Shown one piece after another: positions 23,467-34,694 of a DNA stretch of 39,286 bases. This DNA comes from Macrostomum lignano (Eukaryota), in contig NIVC01003574.1 in NCBI GenBank assembly GCA_002269645.1, positions 1 through 39,286 of the forward strand, read 5' to 3'. Each line of letters starts with the position of its first letter. The stretch's first letter is position 1. The notes beneath the pieces are model-generated. The model made no database searches, was not told where the DNA came from, and was given only the letters and a program-made list of their open reading frames with translations. The position numbers and the translations under genes were made by a program.

Positions 23467-24556
23467 ATGCGCCAGCGGCCCAGGCTCGATTCCAAGTGCA
23501 GTCACATTAATTTGGGGCTGAATTGGAATCTCGGCTTGGCTCTGCTCGTGCAATTAACGGCCTTGAAGGCCAACCCCCAAGGCACAGTGAAGTGTACATG
23601 CCTGTGTGAGTGTGTGCCTGTGCGTGTGACTGCGTACGTATCCGCGCGCTTGTGTGCCTGCTCAGGGGAGTCGGCGGAATGGGCAGCCCCATTTTGCAGT
23701 TGTCAACGTTGATTTGCTGTCGCAAAACATATTGATATTTCACGATCGCTAACTGCACTATGTTACTATAAGTAGCTTTCTATATAAAGCCACAATGATT
23801 GTACACGCTAAGAAAAATACACACAGCCTTATACCGAATTCTATTTTTATATTCCTCAATTTTTTCAAAGAAATCGAAATTTACTCCTGTGCCTTGTGTC
23901 ACTCAGTTTTCAGTGGCTTTATCTTTTTATCTCCCCAGCTTGCAGGGTTGACGGTCTGGAAAAAAATCGAAAAATATGATATGCCCCAGGCTTCAGGTAA
24001 ACTTGAGTCGCCACGAAGGCTTTTGTCTCAACCTCTCAATCACTTTCTCAATCTTGTGCCGCCCTCATTGCGCGCTTGTCGATTAAACTTAGAGTTAAAA
24101 ATAGCTTGTAAAAAGATAATTGAGCAGTTCTGTCTGCTCTAGCGACATGTCCATTTGTCTCTCAACTTGCCTACTAAGATTTGTGACGTCAATTGCGATA
24201 TTAAAAATTCCATCGGTTATAAAATTTAAACAAATAAAACATTTTTAGAAACAGCTGTGGTCTGGCTGTATGCGACATTGTCACACAACCGGCGAGAGGC
24301 ATTACTGCCCATTCCGCCGACTCCCCTGAGCAGGCACAAAAGCGCGCGGATACGTACGCAGTCACACGCACAGGCACACACTCACACAGGAGTGTACAGC
24401 GGCCCTAACTTTATTTATCGTTAGGCATGTACACTTCACTGTGCCTTGGGTTGACCCTCAAAGCCGTTATTGCACGAGCAGAGCCAAGCCGAGATTCCAA
24501 TTCAGTCCCAGATCAATGTGACTGCACTTGGAATCGAGCTTGGGCCGCTGGCGCAT
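23467..24556. mobile_element. Fold-back / non-autonomous DNA-transposon-like element with ~220-bp inverted arms
   Basis: 23467-23686 is the reverse complement of 24305-24556 at high identity, apart from a 35-bp insert at 24391-24425. The ~620-bp core has no transposase ORF. No TSD identified. Confidence 0.75.
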
Positions 24557-25096
24557 CAAAGCGCCGCGCTGGACCCCCAATGAAGATTAAATATGTCGGA
24601 TAAAAGTTCAAGATAGTGCTGCCTCTATATGAGTTTGTTTCTGCAATTCTCATTGGCACTTGGGGTCGATTTTATTATCACGTACAAACTTGTAGAATTT
24701 CTCGTCCTGCATGCAAAAAATAACTGATTTTCTTGCAATTGCCTTTTGCGGTCCGTTATTTCTGCTCATGACAGAATGTGGTTCCGGCTTCGTTTTTTTC
24801 ATTGGATAAATCTTCTGCTTTTATAGGGTGATTACAATTTATGTCGTGCTTTGTATGCGCGTGAACTCCAGTCCATGCAGCCGCCATTTTTGCTGTTCAC
24901 AACTGAATCCCCGATTGAATCCCGTTCCCAATGCCCGGAAATCCCCAGCAAATGCGTTTGCGTGCTGAGACGGGGACCTAGAGATATTTTTCTAAGAGAT
25001 TTCTAAGAGTCTTAAACAATACTTAAGGCATATTTTAAAAGAAAAAATTCAACTGGTTTTCCTGCTGTGTTTTTATGCTTTCTAGTGAAAGTCACA

Positions 25097-25699
25097 CCCT
25101 TCAACCCAAACCCTTCAACCCAAACCCTTCAACCCAAACCTTTAACCCAAACCCTTCAACCCAAACCCTTCAACCCAAACCCTTCAACCCAAACCCTTCA
25201 ACCCAAACCCTTCAACCCAAACCCTTCAACCCAAACCCTTCAACCCAAACCCTTCAACCCAAACCCTTCAACCCAAACCCTTCAACCCAAACCCTTCAAC
25301 CCAAACCCTTCAACCCAAACCCTTCAACCCAAACCCTTCAACCCAAACCCTTCAACCCAAACCCTTCAACCCAAACCCTTCAACCCAAACCCTTCAACCC
25401 AAACCCTTCAACCCAAACCCTTCAACCCAAACCCTTCAACCCAAACCCTTCAACCCAAACCCTTCAACCCAAACCCTTCAACCCAAACCCTTCAACCCAA
25501 ACCCTTCAACCCAAACCCTTCAACCCAAACCCTTCAACCCAAACCCTTCAACCCAAACCCTTCAACCCAAACCCTTCAACCCAAACCCTTCAACCCAAAC
25601 CCTTCAACCCAAACCCTTTAACCCAAACCCTTCAACCCAAACCCTTTAACCCAAACCCTTCAACCCAAACCCTTCAACCAAAACCCTTCAACCCTTCAA
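25097..25699. repeat. 14-bp tandem repeat (CCCTTCAACCCAAA)n, ~43 units
   Basis: Nearly perfect array; the minus strand reads (TTTGGGTTGAAGGG)n. Confidence 0.98.
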
Positions 25700-26973
25700 A
25701 ATTCCATTCAATTTCAATGTCAACCAAGCAGCAAAGAAGGCAACACATGAAAACCCGAACTATACTGAAGCATTTTGGTTTTATCTACCAATAAGCATTG
25801 CAATAAAAATGTTGCACTTCTTAACAAATGCGAAAACCCTTTATCTGAAGTTGTAGAAAAATATTGAGTTCAATTTTGCTTAACACTGAGCAGCCCTGAC
25901 CGCGCTTATCATTGTCAAATTCTTGTTTTTTTTAAAAATAATCTAGTAAACAGCTAATTTTTTTCCTGTGCTGACTTCATTGGTGTACTTTTAATTAACT
26001 GTAAAACTGTAAAACTACCAAGGCTTACCGGACTTGATCAGCGGATCGTTCCTTTAGAAGTGGAGAACTGTAACAGATAAATCCACCTCTACACCCTATA
26101 GGGAGGCCTGGATGTCCCCCCCCCGTTCAATCTCATCGAAGGTGAGGATTTAAGTCGCAGAGATCAGCATCAGTTATATTAATGCATCATATCTCTCACT
26201 CTCCGGCTACACTTCATGCGCCACAGCCCATCCAGTCTAACTGTTGACCTTCTCTTCCATTACCCACCTAAATCTCAGTCATCTCAAGCCGACAACAAGC
26301 AGCCTCTGCACAGTTTGAGATTGCTTTGGAAACCCAACACAGACTCGCTGTGCCAGTCAGTGAGAGAGAGAAAAAAGCTAAAAAAATAATCGTCCATATT
26401 TTGAGACCCGAGCTGCTTGGCTTGAAACGGCCCTCAAAAAGTTGAGCTTCCACTTCTGGACAATAGAGATTCTGGCGTTCACAGCTGAGATATGAGATAG
26501 GGGCGTGTGCGCCTCTGAGCAGCATCCCCTACTCCGACTCTTCATCACTCGCTGCCTTCGGCTCAGCTGCTGGCCCAGAGGCCGCTACTTCATTTATATA
26601 CTAAAAGAGACTTGGCTTTGGTAATTGAGCATGGCGCTTCATCTCTCGCTCACTCTCACTCTCTGTCTTTCTCTTCCCTCGCTGGGGGGTTTCGCTTATT
26701 TTTTTCTGCATTAGCAGTGTTCTCAACTCCCTCTCTCCCTCCGCTCGCCCTTACTTGTATAAGCCCCTTTTAATCAATGCTTGCAAGAAGGGGTCAGGAA
26801 CCGCGCTGTCTTTCGCACGGCTTCTTGGCTGTTTGAGCATTTCTGGAGTCTTCCTTATATAGCCAGCCGATATAAAAGTACATTTTATAATCTATCCGTG
26901 AAGAACTGAAAACACAAATACGAACCGTGCTGTCTCAGTTTAACTAGCTGTTCAGTGCATGACAAAAGAATGA

Positions 26974-27540
26974 ATGAGTTCATGAGTTCATGAGTTCATG
27001 GATTTATGCATTTTTGAGATCATGAGTTCATGAGTTTATGAGTCTATGAGTTCATGAGTTCAGGAGTTCATGAGTTCATGGATTTATGCATTTATGAGAT
27101 CATGAGTTCATGAGTTTATGAGTCTATGAGTTCATTAGTTCATGAGTTTATGAGTCTATGAGTTCATGAGTTCAGGAGTTCATGAGTCTATGTGTTCATG
27201 ACTTCATGAGTTCATGAGTTCAGGAGTTTATGAGTTCAGGAGTTTATGAGTCTATGAGTTTATGAGTCTATGAGTTCATGAGTTCATGAGTTCAGGAGTT
27301 CATGAGTCTATGAGTTCATGAGTTCAGGAGTTCATGAGTCCAGGAGTTTATGAGTCTATGAGTTTATGAGTCTATGAGTTCATGAGTTCATGAGTTCAGG
27401 AGTTCATGAGTCTATGAGTTCATGAGTCTATGAGTTCATGAGTTCATGAGTTTGAGTCTATGAGTTCATGAGTTCATGAGGTCATAAGTTTATGAGGTTA
27501 TGAGTCCACGAGGCCATTGGTTAATGAGTTTGTGAGTTCA
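26974..27540. repeat. 8-bp tandem repeat (ATGAGTTC)n with variants
   Basis: Direct inspection. Confidence 0.95.
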
Positions 27541-27910
27541 AATATGAATAAAAATCGATTCAAGAATTGGGCAGCGGCCACCCGACCCACTTCTGAGACA
27601 TCAGTTCACAGCCAGCGTAGACGGCAATCCTGCCCACTCCGCTGACTACTGACCACATACAAGGCGCCAATACTGTACGCAGGCTTTCTTTGACTTTCTA
27701 ATCTCTAGTATTAATTCTGGCCCTGATTTTCGGTGGAGGTACGAAAAAATATTTAAAAGTAGAAAATATTCCAATCAAGCGATCCGATCGGAGCGGGCGG
27801 TCCATTGCGCTGCACTTCCTTATTGTCACTCTTTGTTTTAATACTGTGCCAAAAATCAAGGCGCACAATTTCAAACTGAGGACGCAATTATTATTACAAA
27901 ATCTGAGAAT

Positions 27911-28095
27911 TGAGCAGCTATGAGCAGCTTTGAGCAGCTATGAGCAGCTATGAGCAGCTATGAGCAGTCATGAGCAGCTTATGAGCACCTATGAGCAGCT
28001 ATGAGCAGCTATGAGCAGTCATGAGCAGCTTATGAGCAGCTATGAGCAGCTATGAGCAGCTATGAGCAGCCATGAGCAGCCATGAGCAGCTATGA
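27911..28095. repeat. 10-bp tandem repeat (TGAGCAGCTA)n
   Basis: Direct inspection. Confidence 0.95.
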
Positions 28096-28639
28096 GTTAT
28101 CATACAGGAAAAATATAGAATCGCAACAAAGAAATATATTTGAACACAAGTTTGAAATGAAAGCAAAAAAGTAAGAAAAACAAAGCAGCTACCGTGTACG
28201 CAGATTCCGTGCTCAAAACAGTTTTGAGGTGCGGAAATGAGAGCCCCCAACAGTGATAGGAATGTCAATTTTACCCTACAGTGACTATAGTTGAGAGCAG
28301 TGCACGATGCAGCGTCAATTCGCATGCGAAATCTGACAAAAAAATGAGCAAAATTTATCCTGAGGTTGCCTCATTTCTACTTGTACGGCGTATGCAATAC
28401 GGTATTCATAATCTGATTTGAGGAGGCTAGGAAGCAGGTTGATGAGGCCAATGCAGAGTTGCCACCAGGGCTATGGTTATTTTCTATTGGTATGCATTTT
28501 AATCAGTTTGAGTAGTTTTACAATTTGGACGGAGCGAATCAGCTGTTGCAAACCAAACTCAAACATTGGCGAACTTTGAGAAATCTTTCACCGACTCAAT
28601 TCTTTCTTGGGTTAACGTCTAGCCTCGGGTACTTAACCT

Positions 28640-29163
28640 GGATCTTTCCCAGGATCTTCTCCAAAAGGGGTCCTTTCCAGGATCTTCCCCAAAAGGGGTC
28701 CCTCCCAGGATCTTCCACAAAAGTGGTCCTTCCTAGGATCTTCCCCAAAAAGGGTTCTTCCAGGATCTTCCCCAAAAGGGGTCCTTCCCAGGATCTTCAC
28801 CAAAAGGGTCCTTCCCAGGATCTTCCCCAAAAAGGCGTCCTTTCCAGGATCTTCCCCAAAACGGGGTCCTTTCTAGGATCTTCCCCAAAAGGAGTCCTTC
28901 CCAGGATCTTCCCCAAAAGGAGTCCTTTCCAGGATCTTCCCCAAAAGGAGTCCTTTCCAGGATCTTCCCCAAACGGAGTCCTTTCCAGGATCTTCCCCAA
29001 AAGGAGTCCTTTCCAGGATCTTCCCCAAACGGAGTCCTTTCCAGGATCTTCCCCAAAAGGGGTCCTTCCCAGGATCTTCACCAAAAGGGGTCCTTCCCAG
29101 GATCTTCCCCAAAAAGGGGTCCTTCCCAGGATCTTCCCCAAAAAGGGGTCCTTCCCAGGATCT
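28640..29163. repeat. 28-29 bp quasi-palindromic tandem repeat CCAGGATCTTCCCCAAAAGGGGTCCTT(C/T), ~18 units
   Basis: Head-to-tail units with no spacers. Confidence 0.95.
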
Positions 29164-29290
29164 CGTTGCAGACCCCTTTGCAGCAGAGGTTGCATTGCCC
29201 CAAAGCAGTGAGATATTGAGAAGCCTCCACTGTAGAGTTGGTTGCCTGACACAACTGCACGCGTCACTGAAAAGCAGGTGTCTCATCAGC

Positions 29291-30922
29291 TCAGCCGGTG
29301 TCACCAAACTGGCCGTAGGTGTCGCTCAGCGGCGCATCGGCTCGGTCCGGCTGCGACTCCGCCGTCTCGGCCGGATCGTCGATGTCCAGCGGCGCCTCGG
29401 ACAGAGTCGGTCGGTCGAAGCGCTGGAACAGGTGGCAGGTGAACAGGGCGAACACCGACTCGTTCTGATAGTGGAACGCCCGGCAGCAGTCGACGCCGTC
29501 GCTGTGAGCAGATCTGGTGACTATCGCCATCCTGTCGATCTCCGTGACGCTGCCGATGCTGAGCAGGCCGACCACCTTGAACTCGGCGCCGAGCTCGTGC
29601 GTGACCAGCTCGAGCAGGTCGCTGGCCAGCAGGCTCGTCAGCCGGGAGCAAACCTCGGGGTCGTAGAGCACCGCGGACAGGCGGCGTTGAAGCATCTCGC
29701 TGACGGATTCGGCTAGCCGACGGTCCCATTGGAGTCGGGAGAGCGACTGTCGGGCGCAGTGCCGCAGCCAGCGGCGCTCCGGCGGCGGCTCGGCCTCGGA
29801 CAGGCAGTAGCGGGTCGCCGGAACTCGCAGGGCGCTCATCAGGACGCGGCGGAAGTGGCCCTCAGCCGCTGGCGTCAGGCTGCTCAGCCTCGCTAGCGAT
29901 TCCTCCGTGATCTCAAGGCGCAACTCGCCTGCCGGCTGCTGCTGCGGCGGCGAGGGAGACTCCGGAGGCGATGGCGACATTGTCGGCGAGGGCGAGGCGA
30001 TCGCCAGGCCTTCGTCAGGATAGTCGCCGTCGGTGGTGTCCTGCGGCAGCTGCTGCATCGACGTTGGCGGAGAAGTCGTCAATTCTTCTGCCGAGTCGAG
30101 CGACGGCAAACCGTTCACCGAGGCCCTTCCAGCCTCGCCGCTCTCGCCGCCCTCGCCGCCCTCGACGCTCTCGCCGCCCAGTATCCGGCCGAGACTGCGG
30201 AAGCACTCCGCCATGCTCATGAGCCGCCGGTCGGGCGACCAGTTGGGATCGACGGATCGTCGTAACCGGCGCCGCAGTCTCCGACGCTGCTGCACGCGAA
30301 GGCGACGCATCTGGGCCTCGCCCTCCGGGCCCAGGCAGCGGCCGGAGTTGAACATGGCGATGACGCGGTCCAGCATATCCGGCTGGCCGGGCTCGAAGCG
30401 GTCCGTGATGCTCTGCAGCAGGTTGCGCAAGTTGGGATCGTCGACCTTCAGCGTCAGCCGGCCGTTACGCTTCAGGGGCTGCGGCAGCAGCAGGCGGAAA
30501 AGCCGGCGCCGCTCCCGCTCTTCAGCCGCGTCCTCGTCCTCCTCGCCGTTCTCCGCCTCTTCGCCGTCGCTGCTGCTGCTGCTGCTGATCTCGTCTTCTT
30601 CATCATCATCATCTTCATCTCCGCTGCTGGGATCATCGAAGAGCTCGTCAGGAAGGTGGATGATCACCGGCTGGCAGCCCGGCCGGCCCGGATGGCAGCC
30701 GCGGTTGCCGCTGCTCGGCAGAGTCTTGGCGGCGCTTTTCAGCCGCTCCGGCGTCTTCTTGGACTTCTTCGGCCCGTCTTGCCGCCTCTTCGCCTTCGCC
30801 TCGGCGTTCATCCTGGCCAGACTGCGGCTCAGCCTCCCGATGGTGTCGTGGGCTGCCACCGATGCCGCCGCTGCCGCTTCGCGAGGAAGAGGAAATCTCG
30901 ACTGGGGCTGGAATGTCGCCAT
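29291..30922 (-). CDS. Tctex-1 (dynein light chain Tctex-type) domain protein with a long acidic/disordered N-terminus; 543 aa from the first ATG, frame open to ~31170
   Basis: The C-terminal region (LSAVLYDPEVCSRLTSLLASDL..FKVVGLLSIG..IVTRSAHSDGVD..FHYQNESVFALFTCHL) follows the Tctex-1 pattern YD..C..L..I..YK.V..V.IG...SR.WD..D...F.N.SLFA. Intronless over this span; the start is uncertain. Confidence 0.75.
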   Translation of the reverse strand: MATFQPQSRFPLPREAAAAASVAAHDTIGRLSRSLARMNAEAKAKRRQDGPKKSKKTPERLKSAAKTLPSSGNRGCHPGRPGCQPVIIHLPDELFDDPSSGDEDDDDEEDEISSSSSSDGEEAENGEEDEDAAEERERRRLFRLLLPQPLKRNGRLTLKVDDPNLRNLLQSITDRFEPGQPDMLDRVIAMFNSGRCLGPEGEAQMRRLRVQQRRRLRRRLRRSVDPNWSPDRRLMSMAECFRSLGRILGGESVEGGEGGESGEAGRASVNGLPSLDSAEELTTSPPTSMQQLPQDTTDGDYPDEGLAIASPSPTMSPSPPESPSPPQQQPAGELRLEITEESLARLSSLTPAAEGHFRRVLMSALRVPATRYCLSEAEPPPERRWLRHCARQSLSRLQWDRRLAESVSEMLQRRLSAVLYDPEVCSRLTSLLASDLLELVTHELGAEFKVVGLLSIGSVTEIDRMAIVTRSAHSDGVDCCRAFHYQNESVFALFTCHLFQRFDRPTLSEAPLDIDDPAETAESQPDRADAPLSDTYGQFGDTG

Positions 30923-30944
30923 CGTTTTACTGGCAGACGGCTGC

Positions 30945-31060
30945 TGCTTCTGCTGCTCCTGCTGCTGCTGCTCCTGCTGCTCCTGCTGCTCCTGCTGCTC
31001 CTGCTGCTGCTCCTGCTGCTGCTCCTGCTCCTGCTGCTCCTGCTGCTCCTGCTGATCCTG
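30945..31060. repeat. (CTCCTGCTG)n repeat; polyQ/E if translated on the minus strand
   Basis: Direct inspection; in frame with and upstream of ATG 30922. Confidence 0.9.
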
Positions 31061-31192
31061 CGGGCGGCCGCCGCCCGTCTGTACGGACTCGCCACTCAAT
31101 GCTTTGCCTGAACAGTTCTCACCCAGGGCGGGCGGGCCAGTTTTGTTGAACTCTATCGGCAGCGGCAGTCACAGAGCATTCGGGTTGGTCCT

Positions 31193-31908
31193 TTGGCAAA
31201 CAATTTGACTGCGAAATCAGCTGCCGGGCACTGCAGTTCCACAGCTAGGCTATTCCTGCCTGTATTGCTCTGTCTCTCAACTTTATTCCTAGCCCTGCTC
31301 TGCTGCTATTCTCTTCCTCGGAGAGATGGAACGGCAGGAAGGAGGCTCTCTCAGCTGTGGCCGCTGTTGGCTGCACAGAGTCGCAGGCGAAGCCGAGACG
31401 AACTGAAAAAATGCAGTGGGTCTTCGCCCCTGCCACCCACCCACAACACGCCCGGCCTCTCCCTTGCCCAGCAAGTATCTGGGCGGGTGCAGCAAGTACA
31501 TATGGCCTCTCTTACTCTGCTGGGTTAGGAAGCCAAACCAATTTTGTGCCTCTATCTCTCGACTCTCTTTTTCTCTCTCTCACTTACTGCTCAGCCAAAG
31601 AGCCTCGCAGCTCTACCAATTCTTTTCAAACGAGCAATGCCATTTTTGTCTGCCAAAAAAGCGCTGCTTCTGCACACATGCACACACACCATGCTGCTGC
31701 GCGTGTGTAAGTGGCTGGCACTGTATCTTGGCACACTTCAGCTCAATGGAGGCAGTGCAGAGCCCGCAGGTGGCTCTTAAATAACCCTTGCTTACAGAGC
31801 TGGGTTACTCTATCTAGCATATTTCAACTGCGTGAACTCGTTCGCGTGCAGATGGCAGGAAAAGTTGGAGCTGAGAATCTGCGCGGATGTGGGCTGGTCC
31901 AGCAGGTG
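31193..31908 (+). other. Candidate spliced gene or pseudogene with a TM-like N-terminal segment; frame unresolved
   Basis: Hydrophobic LFLPVLLCLSTLFLALLCCYSL segment, plus a chain of GT/AG signals (donors ~31523, ~31707, ~31769, ~31906; matching pyrimidine-AG acceptors). No ATG for the TM frame and no family recognised. Confidence 0.3.
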
Positions 31909-31983
31909 AGGGCGGGGGGAGAGAAAAGAGTATAACACCCTTTTTCAAGTATTTTTTCTTTCCTTGGCAAGTCAAAACAACAG

Positions 31984-32465
31984 AGTCAGTCCAGTCAGTC
32001 AGTCAGTCAGTCAGTCAGTCAGTCAGTCAGTCAGTCAGTCAGTCAGTCAGTCAGTCAGTCAGTCAGTCTCAGTCAGTCAGTCAGTCAGTCAGTCAGTCAG
32101 TCCAGCAGTCAGTCGCTTTTCAGTCAGTCAGTCAGTCAGTCAGTCAGTCAGTCAGTCAGTCAGTCAGTCAGTCAGTCAGTCAGTCAGTCAGTCAGTCAGT
32201 CAGTCAGTCAGTCAGTCAGTCAGTCAGTCAGTCAGTCAGTCAGTCAGTCAGTCAGTCAGTCAGTCAGTCAGTCAGTCAGTCAGTCAGTCAGTCAGTCAGT
32301 CAGTCAGTCAGTCAGTCAGTCAGTCAGTCAGTCAGTCAGTCAGTCAGTCAGTCAGTCAGTCAGTCAGTCAGTCAGTCAGTCAGTCAGTCAGTCAGTCAGT
32401 CAGTCAGTCAGTCAGTCAGTCAGTCAGTCAGTCAGTCAGTCAGTCAGTCAGTCAGTCAGTCAGTA
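31984..32465. repeat. (CAGT)n microsatellite, ~118 units
   Basis: Direct inspection. Confidence 0.98.
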
Positions 32466-32986
32466 AACCTCAGCGCAGTTTCGGCAAGCTCAAAGCTCAG
32501 ACTCAAAGCAGTCAAGTGGCTGCAGCGCCCCCACTCTTTGAGGCAGCCGCTCAGCCCGAGTTGACAACAAAACGGCGAACCAGAGAGCTTAGTTGGAGGG
32601 TTTGGTCGAACCGCCTTTTCAGCTGGACAATAAACGCTTTGTTCTGGCTAAATAGAGAAAAAAACTGCTCTAAAATAAGCGGCTTTGTCAGCTTATATGA
32701 CCTGCTGACAAGTTTTCAACAGAGATAAGAAAACTCGTATTCCATATTTGCAGATACTTTCTAGCACAGAAGTGATGGTGAGATTCATTAAACACAGAAG
32801 TATGAGTTAGTCGTTGGAGTGTTTTTATGACAGGTGAACCGCCAAGTATTCTCATTTGATTAAACTGCATTTTGCGTGTCCACGGAATTAGGCTCGCATC
32901 TATGCCTCTTGCATACATATATATGCAATGCACCGAATCGCCTGAAATAGTATATATAAGTAACCAGCTAGTTTATAATCTGGTTA

Positions 32987-33790
32987 GGTGTTGGGACTAA
33001 GAGACAGGTTTTGTGACTAAGAGACAGGTGTTGTGACTAAGAGACAGGTGCTGGGACTAAGAGACAGGTGTTGGGACTAAGAGACAGGTGTTGGGACTAA
33101 GAGACAGGTGTTGGGACTAAGAGACAGGTGTTGGGACTAAGAGACAAGTGTGGAGACTAACAGACAGGTGTTGGGACTAAGAGACAGGTGTTGGGACTAA
33201 GATACACGTGTTGGGACTAAGAGACAAGTGTGGAGACTAACAGACAGGTGTTGGAACTAAGAGACAGGTGTTGGGACTAAGAGACAAGTGTGGAGACTAA
33301 CAGACAGGTGTTGGTACTAAGAGACAGGTGTTGTGACTAAGAGACAAGTGTGGAGACTAACAGACAGGTGTTGGGACTAAGAGACAGGTGTTGGGACTAA
33401 GATACACGTGTTGGGACTAAGAGACAAGTGTGGAGACTAACAGACAGGTGTTGGAACTAAGAGACAGGTGTTGGGACTAAGAGACAAGTGTGGAGACTAA
33501 CAGACAGGTGTTGGGACTAAGAGACACGTGTTGGGACTTAAAGACAGGTGTTGGTACTAAGATACACGTGTTGATACTTAAAGACAGGTGTTGGTATTAA
33601 GAGACAGGTGTTGGTACTAAGAGACAGGTGTTGGGACTAAGAGACAGGTGTTGGTACTAAGAGACAGGTGTTGGGACTTAAAGACAGGTGTTGGGACTTA
33701 GACAGGTGTTGGGACTAAGAGACAGGTGTTGGGACTTAGACAGGTGTTGGGACTTAAAGACAGGTTTTGGGACTTAAAGACAGGTGTTGG
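32987..33790. repeat. 20-bp tandem repeat GAGACAGGTGTTGGGACTAA, ~40 units
   Basis: Direct inspection; a recurring variant GAGACAAGTGTGGAGACTAA-CAGAC gives higher-order blocks. Confidence 0.97.
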
Positions 33791-34319
33791 TCCTCAATAA
33801 GCAAGTAAATCAATCCGGACACAAATCCAGCGAATTCTGCAGTCTGATAAAGCCAGCAAAATGGAACCTAGGCAAAATATTTATTCAAGGTGCTACAAAA
33901 CAAAATCAGTTATGCATGCTACATGATGAACAGGCTTGAAAATCAGCATCACTCCAAGCCAGATGCTGAGGCGCTTCAAATTATTCAAAAAAAGAAATTA
34001 ATTTTCTGGATAGTGCAGCTCTGTTTTACAAATCAAAACAGCGCTAGAAAAGTTTGTGTGAGAATAAATATTTCTGAGCAATCATGTTGATGCAATGATA
34101 ACTATGGCCTACAGCAGTCTACAGACAGATCCACTAGTCAGATAAAGCAATAAATATGGGCATTAATATATGTTGACGAAAATTTGTTAATTATTCAAAA
34201 GTGAAAACCAATTCATTATGAATAATTCTCTCAGCTGTAATTTGCTTTTTTCAATCATAGCTAAACATTGGGAATTTAAAAAATTGAAATTTCATCCCAA
34301 AAATATGGTTTACACTTTT

Positions 34320-34502
34320 ACACTGTCACAGAATCGTGCACTGTCACAGAAGCGTGCACTGTCACAGAAATGCACTGTGCACTGTCACAGAATCGTGCAC
34401 TGTCACAGAAGCGCGCACTGTCACAGAATCGTGCACTGTCACAGAAGCGCAGTCAGTGTGACAGAATCGTGCACTGTCACGGAAGCGTGCACTGTCACAG
34501 AT
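34320..34502. repeat. 18-bp tandem repeat CACTGTCACAGAA(T/G)CGTG, ~10 units
   Basis: Direct inspection. Confidence 0.9.
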
Positions 34503-34694
34503 TGTCAGCCTGAATTTTTAGTCTATGTCCCAACCCTATGCATTCAGACGCAATTTCGATTCCCCTTTTCTCTGTCTATCTACATAGTCCACACTGTCAA
34601 TATCGCAGCAGTTGTAGAGTGTAATGAGCGGCGCCCGGGTTTGCCGTCAGGCCGCTGGAACTTCGGTCTAAAATTGAAAAAGCAGATGAATAAT

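Noticed and set aside
25067-25794. 184- and 239-aa ORFs with QPKPFNPNPST repeats
   Set aside because: Translation of a stop-free 14-bp repeat in all frames; no unique coding flank.
26040-26620. Possible decayed gene or LINE fragment (85-aa ORF 26268-26525)
   Set aside because: No RT, endonuclease or other recognisable motif in any frame I translated.
28525-29307. Several 60-228 aa ORFs on both strands
   Set aside because: Products of the 28-bp tandem repeat.
30033-31055. 340-aa plus-strand ORF antisense to the Tctex-domain gene
   Set aside because: Expected stop-poor shadow of a GC-rich CDS; low-complexity Ser/Arg/Cys content and no domain.
32470-34130. Idea that stop-riddled frames here (and at 16850-17700) are a C-to-T-hypermutated gene
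   Set aside because: Every stop codon can be derived from CAA, CAG or CGA, so the argument is circular without a homolog; I recognised no protein family.
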